From IMG/VR virus record IMGVR_UViG_3300013102_000006, positions 19,869 to 83,868 of that record: 64,000 nt of DNA. One strand, written 5' to 3'. The position numbers were made by a program, and so were the translations under genes. The number at the start of each line of letters is the position of its first letter. Positions within the stretch are counted from its first letter, which is position 1. The notes under the pieces were generated by a model. That model saw only the letters and a program-made list of their open reading frames with translations. It was not told the DNA's origin and did not search any database. Below, in pieces: positions 63,307-64,000 of this stretch. This stretch comes from a virus. Lineage: Duplodnaviria > Heunggongvirae > Uroviricota > Caudoviricetes.

Positions 63307-63690
63307 TTATTTACCTTTTTTAAATAATGCCTTTAGAAGTTCGATATATGGGGACCAATAGAATGACGTGATAGTCAGTACAAGTACAAATAAAGCGAGT
63401 GACCCAGATATTACCGATATATTATGAAGAACGAGTGGTACTTTCGCTCCCAGTGACTGTATATACATGGCCATAATAGAAGGAACGCACAGTATTGCTG
63501 CGCTACCAAACCCTGCTAACAAAGCGAATCTTTTTCTTTTAAGCCACATGCGAGTATCAGACCTCCCTAAGAACCATTGCACAAATGCCGCTGGTGCGAT
63601 TATAAACATCAGCATAAATACGGATAATATTCTTATCACTACCCCTACTACTGAATATATATTACCGTCCATTGATTTTTTCCTTTCCAC
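63307..63690 (-). CDS. Hypothetical membrane protein (holin-like topology)
   Basis: 127 aa, three TM helices. Confidence 0.3.
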   Translation of the reverse strand: MERKKSMDGNIYSVVGVVIRILSVFMLMFIIAPAAFVQWFLGRSDTRMWLKRKRFALLAGFGSAAILCVPSIMAMYIQSLGAKVPLVLHNISVISGSLALFVLVLTITSFYWSPYIELLKALFKKGK

Positions 63691-63868
63691 CGCTGACTAT
63701 GAACAGTGTAAGAGCTACATCTTCCTCATCGAGGAATTTATTTACATCTCTTACGGCTTTTGTGGTCTCCCTAGCTTCGTTAACGAGCTTCGTTTTAATT
63801 GCTGTCACTTCTTTCTTCGCCATATCTCGCCTATCTTGGCGCTTTTTTTTACTGCCAAACCAGAACAT
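63662..63868 (-). CDS. Hypothetical basic protein
   Basis: 68 aa; RBS AGGAGAG upstream of the ATG at 63868. Confidence 0.3.
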   Translation of the reverse strand: MFWFGSKKKRQDRRDMAKKEVTAIKTKLVNEARETTKAVRDVNKFLDEEDVALTLFIVSGGKEKINGR

Positions 63869-64000
63869 TACTTGTCTCTCCTAGAGCGTTGTAGCTCATC
63901 AAGGATACGTTCCATAAATCCCTTAGATTCAGTAAGAGCTGGAGTGATAGTACCAGATAGTTCCTTGATATCCTTAATGTGATTGTCAACTTCCTGCTTG
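63869..64000 (-). CDS. Partial CDS (C-terminal 43 codons; gene starts beyond the right edge)
   Basis: Minus-strand frame ...KQEVDNHIKDIKELSGTITPALTESKGFMERILDELQRSRRDK* with stop at 63869-63871. Confidence 0.3.

Noticed and set aside
63467-63982. 171-aa plus-strand ORF at the right end
   Set aside because: It is antisense to three consecutive minus-strand genes that have RBSs and membrane-protein features.

Overview
This window reads as a densely packed bacteriophage genome segment. No integrase, host housekeeping genes or attachment site are visible, so it looks like a virulent or at least non-integrated phage. Several features suggest a low-GC Gram-positive host: SigA-like TTGACA-N16/17-TACAAT promoters, strong AGGAGG-type ribosome-binding sites, and secreted peptidoglycan hydrolases of the PcsB type (coiled coil plus CHAP domain). 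All calls below are from reading the sequence and motifs by eye; no BLAST/HMM, tRNAscan-SE or RNA folding could be run, and the anticodon assignments are hand folds.

Nearly everything from 1 to 50661 is on the minus strand, read right to left:
- 1-9.5 kb: tail fibers (including a pectate-lyase-like tailspike of 850 aa), then a 1036-aa portal protein that is fused to a LigT-like 2H phosphoesterase domain and a C-terminal Mu-F head-morphogenesis domain.
- 9.7-28.5 kb: about 60 small early-type genes. They include a tandem family of four paralogs sharing an N-terminal M-x-x-P-F/Y-F motif, a C5-cytosine DNA methyltransferase, a Thg1-like 3'-5' nucleotidyltransferase and a small HAD phosphatase.
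- 28.9-33.3 kb: terminase large subunit, a possible small terminase, a ParB-like protein, an SPFH protein and SSB.
- 33.7-47.9 kb: a strikingly rich RNA-repair and RNA-surveillance island. It holds a PTH2-like peptidyl-tRNA hydrolase, a T4-type polynucleotide kinase-phosphatase, an Rnl2-like RNA ligase, a five-gene glycosyltransferase island with a metallophosphoesterase, and a Ro60/TROVE-vWA (Rsr-like) protein. About 300 bp of tRNA-like non-coding elements sit directly upstream of the Ro60 gene and are candidate Y-RNA/YrlA-like partners. The island also holds a Cys-X5-Arg phosphatase, a CCA-adding-type nucleotidyltransferase and a minimal Pol-beta nucleotidyltransferase.
- 49-52.8 kb: a RusA resolvase, a putative replication protein and a DEDDh exonuclease.
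- 53.4-57.7 kb: a cluster of about 26 minus-strand tRNAs. A small plus-strand zinc-finger gene and an HNH homing-endonuclease gene are inserted in it. Some tRNAs lack an encoded CCA and several look atypical.
- 58-64 kb: plus-strand genes for a Rad52/Sak annealing protein, a YqaJ exonuclease, a secreted transglycosylase-like protein and a PcsB-like CHAP hydrolase, followed by a minus-strand glutaredoxin and membrane proteins.

A family of near-identical promoters with an extended -35 (TGTTGACA) and several Rho-independent terminators were found. Three stretches of roughly 500-700 bp carry no ORF and no recognised tRNA and deserve RNA-level scrutiny.
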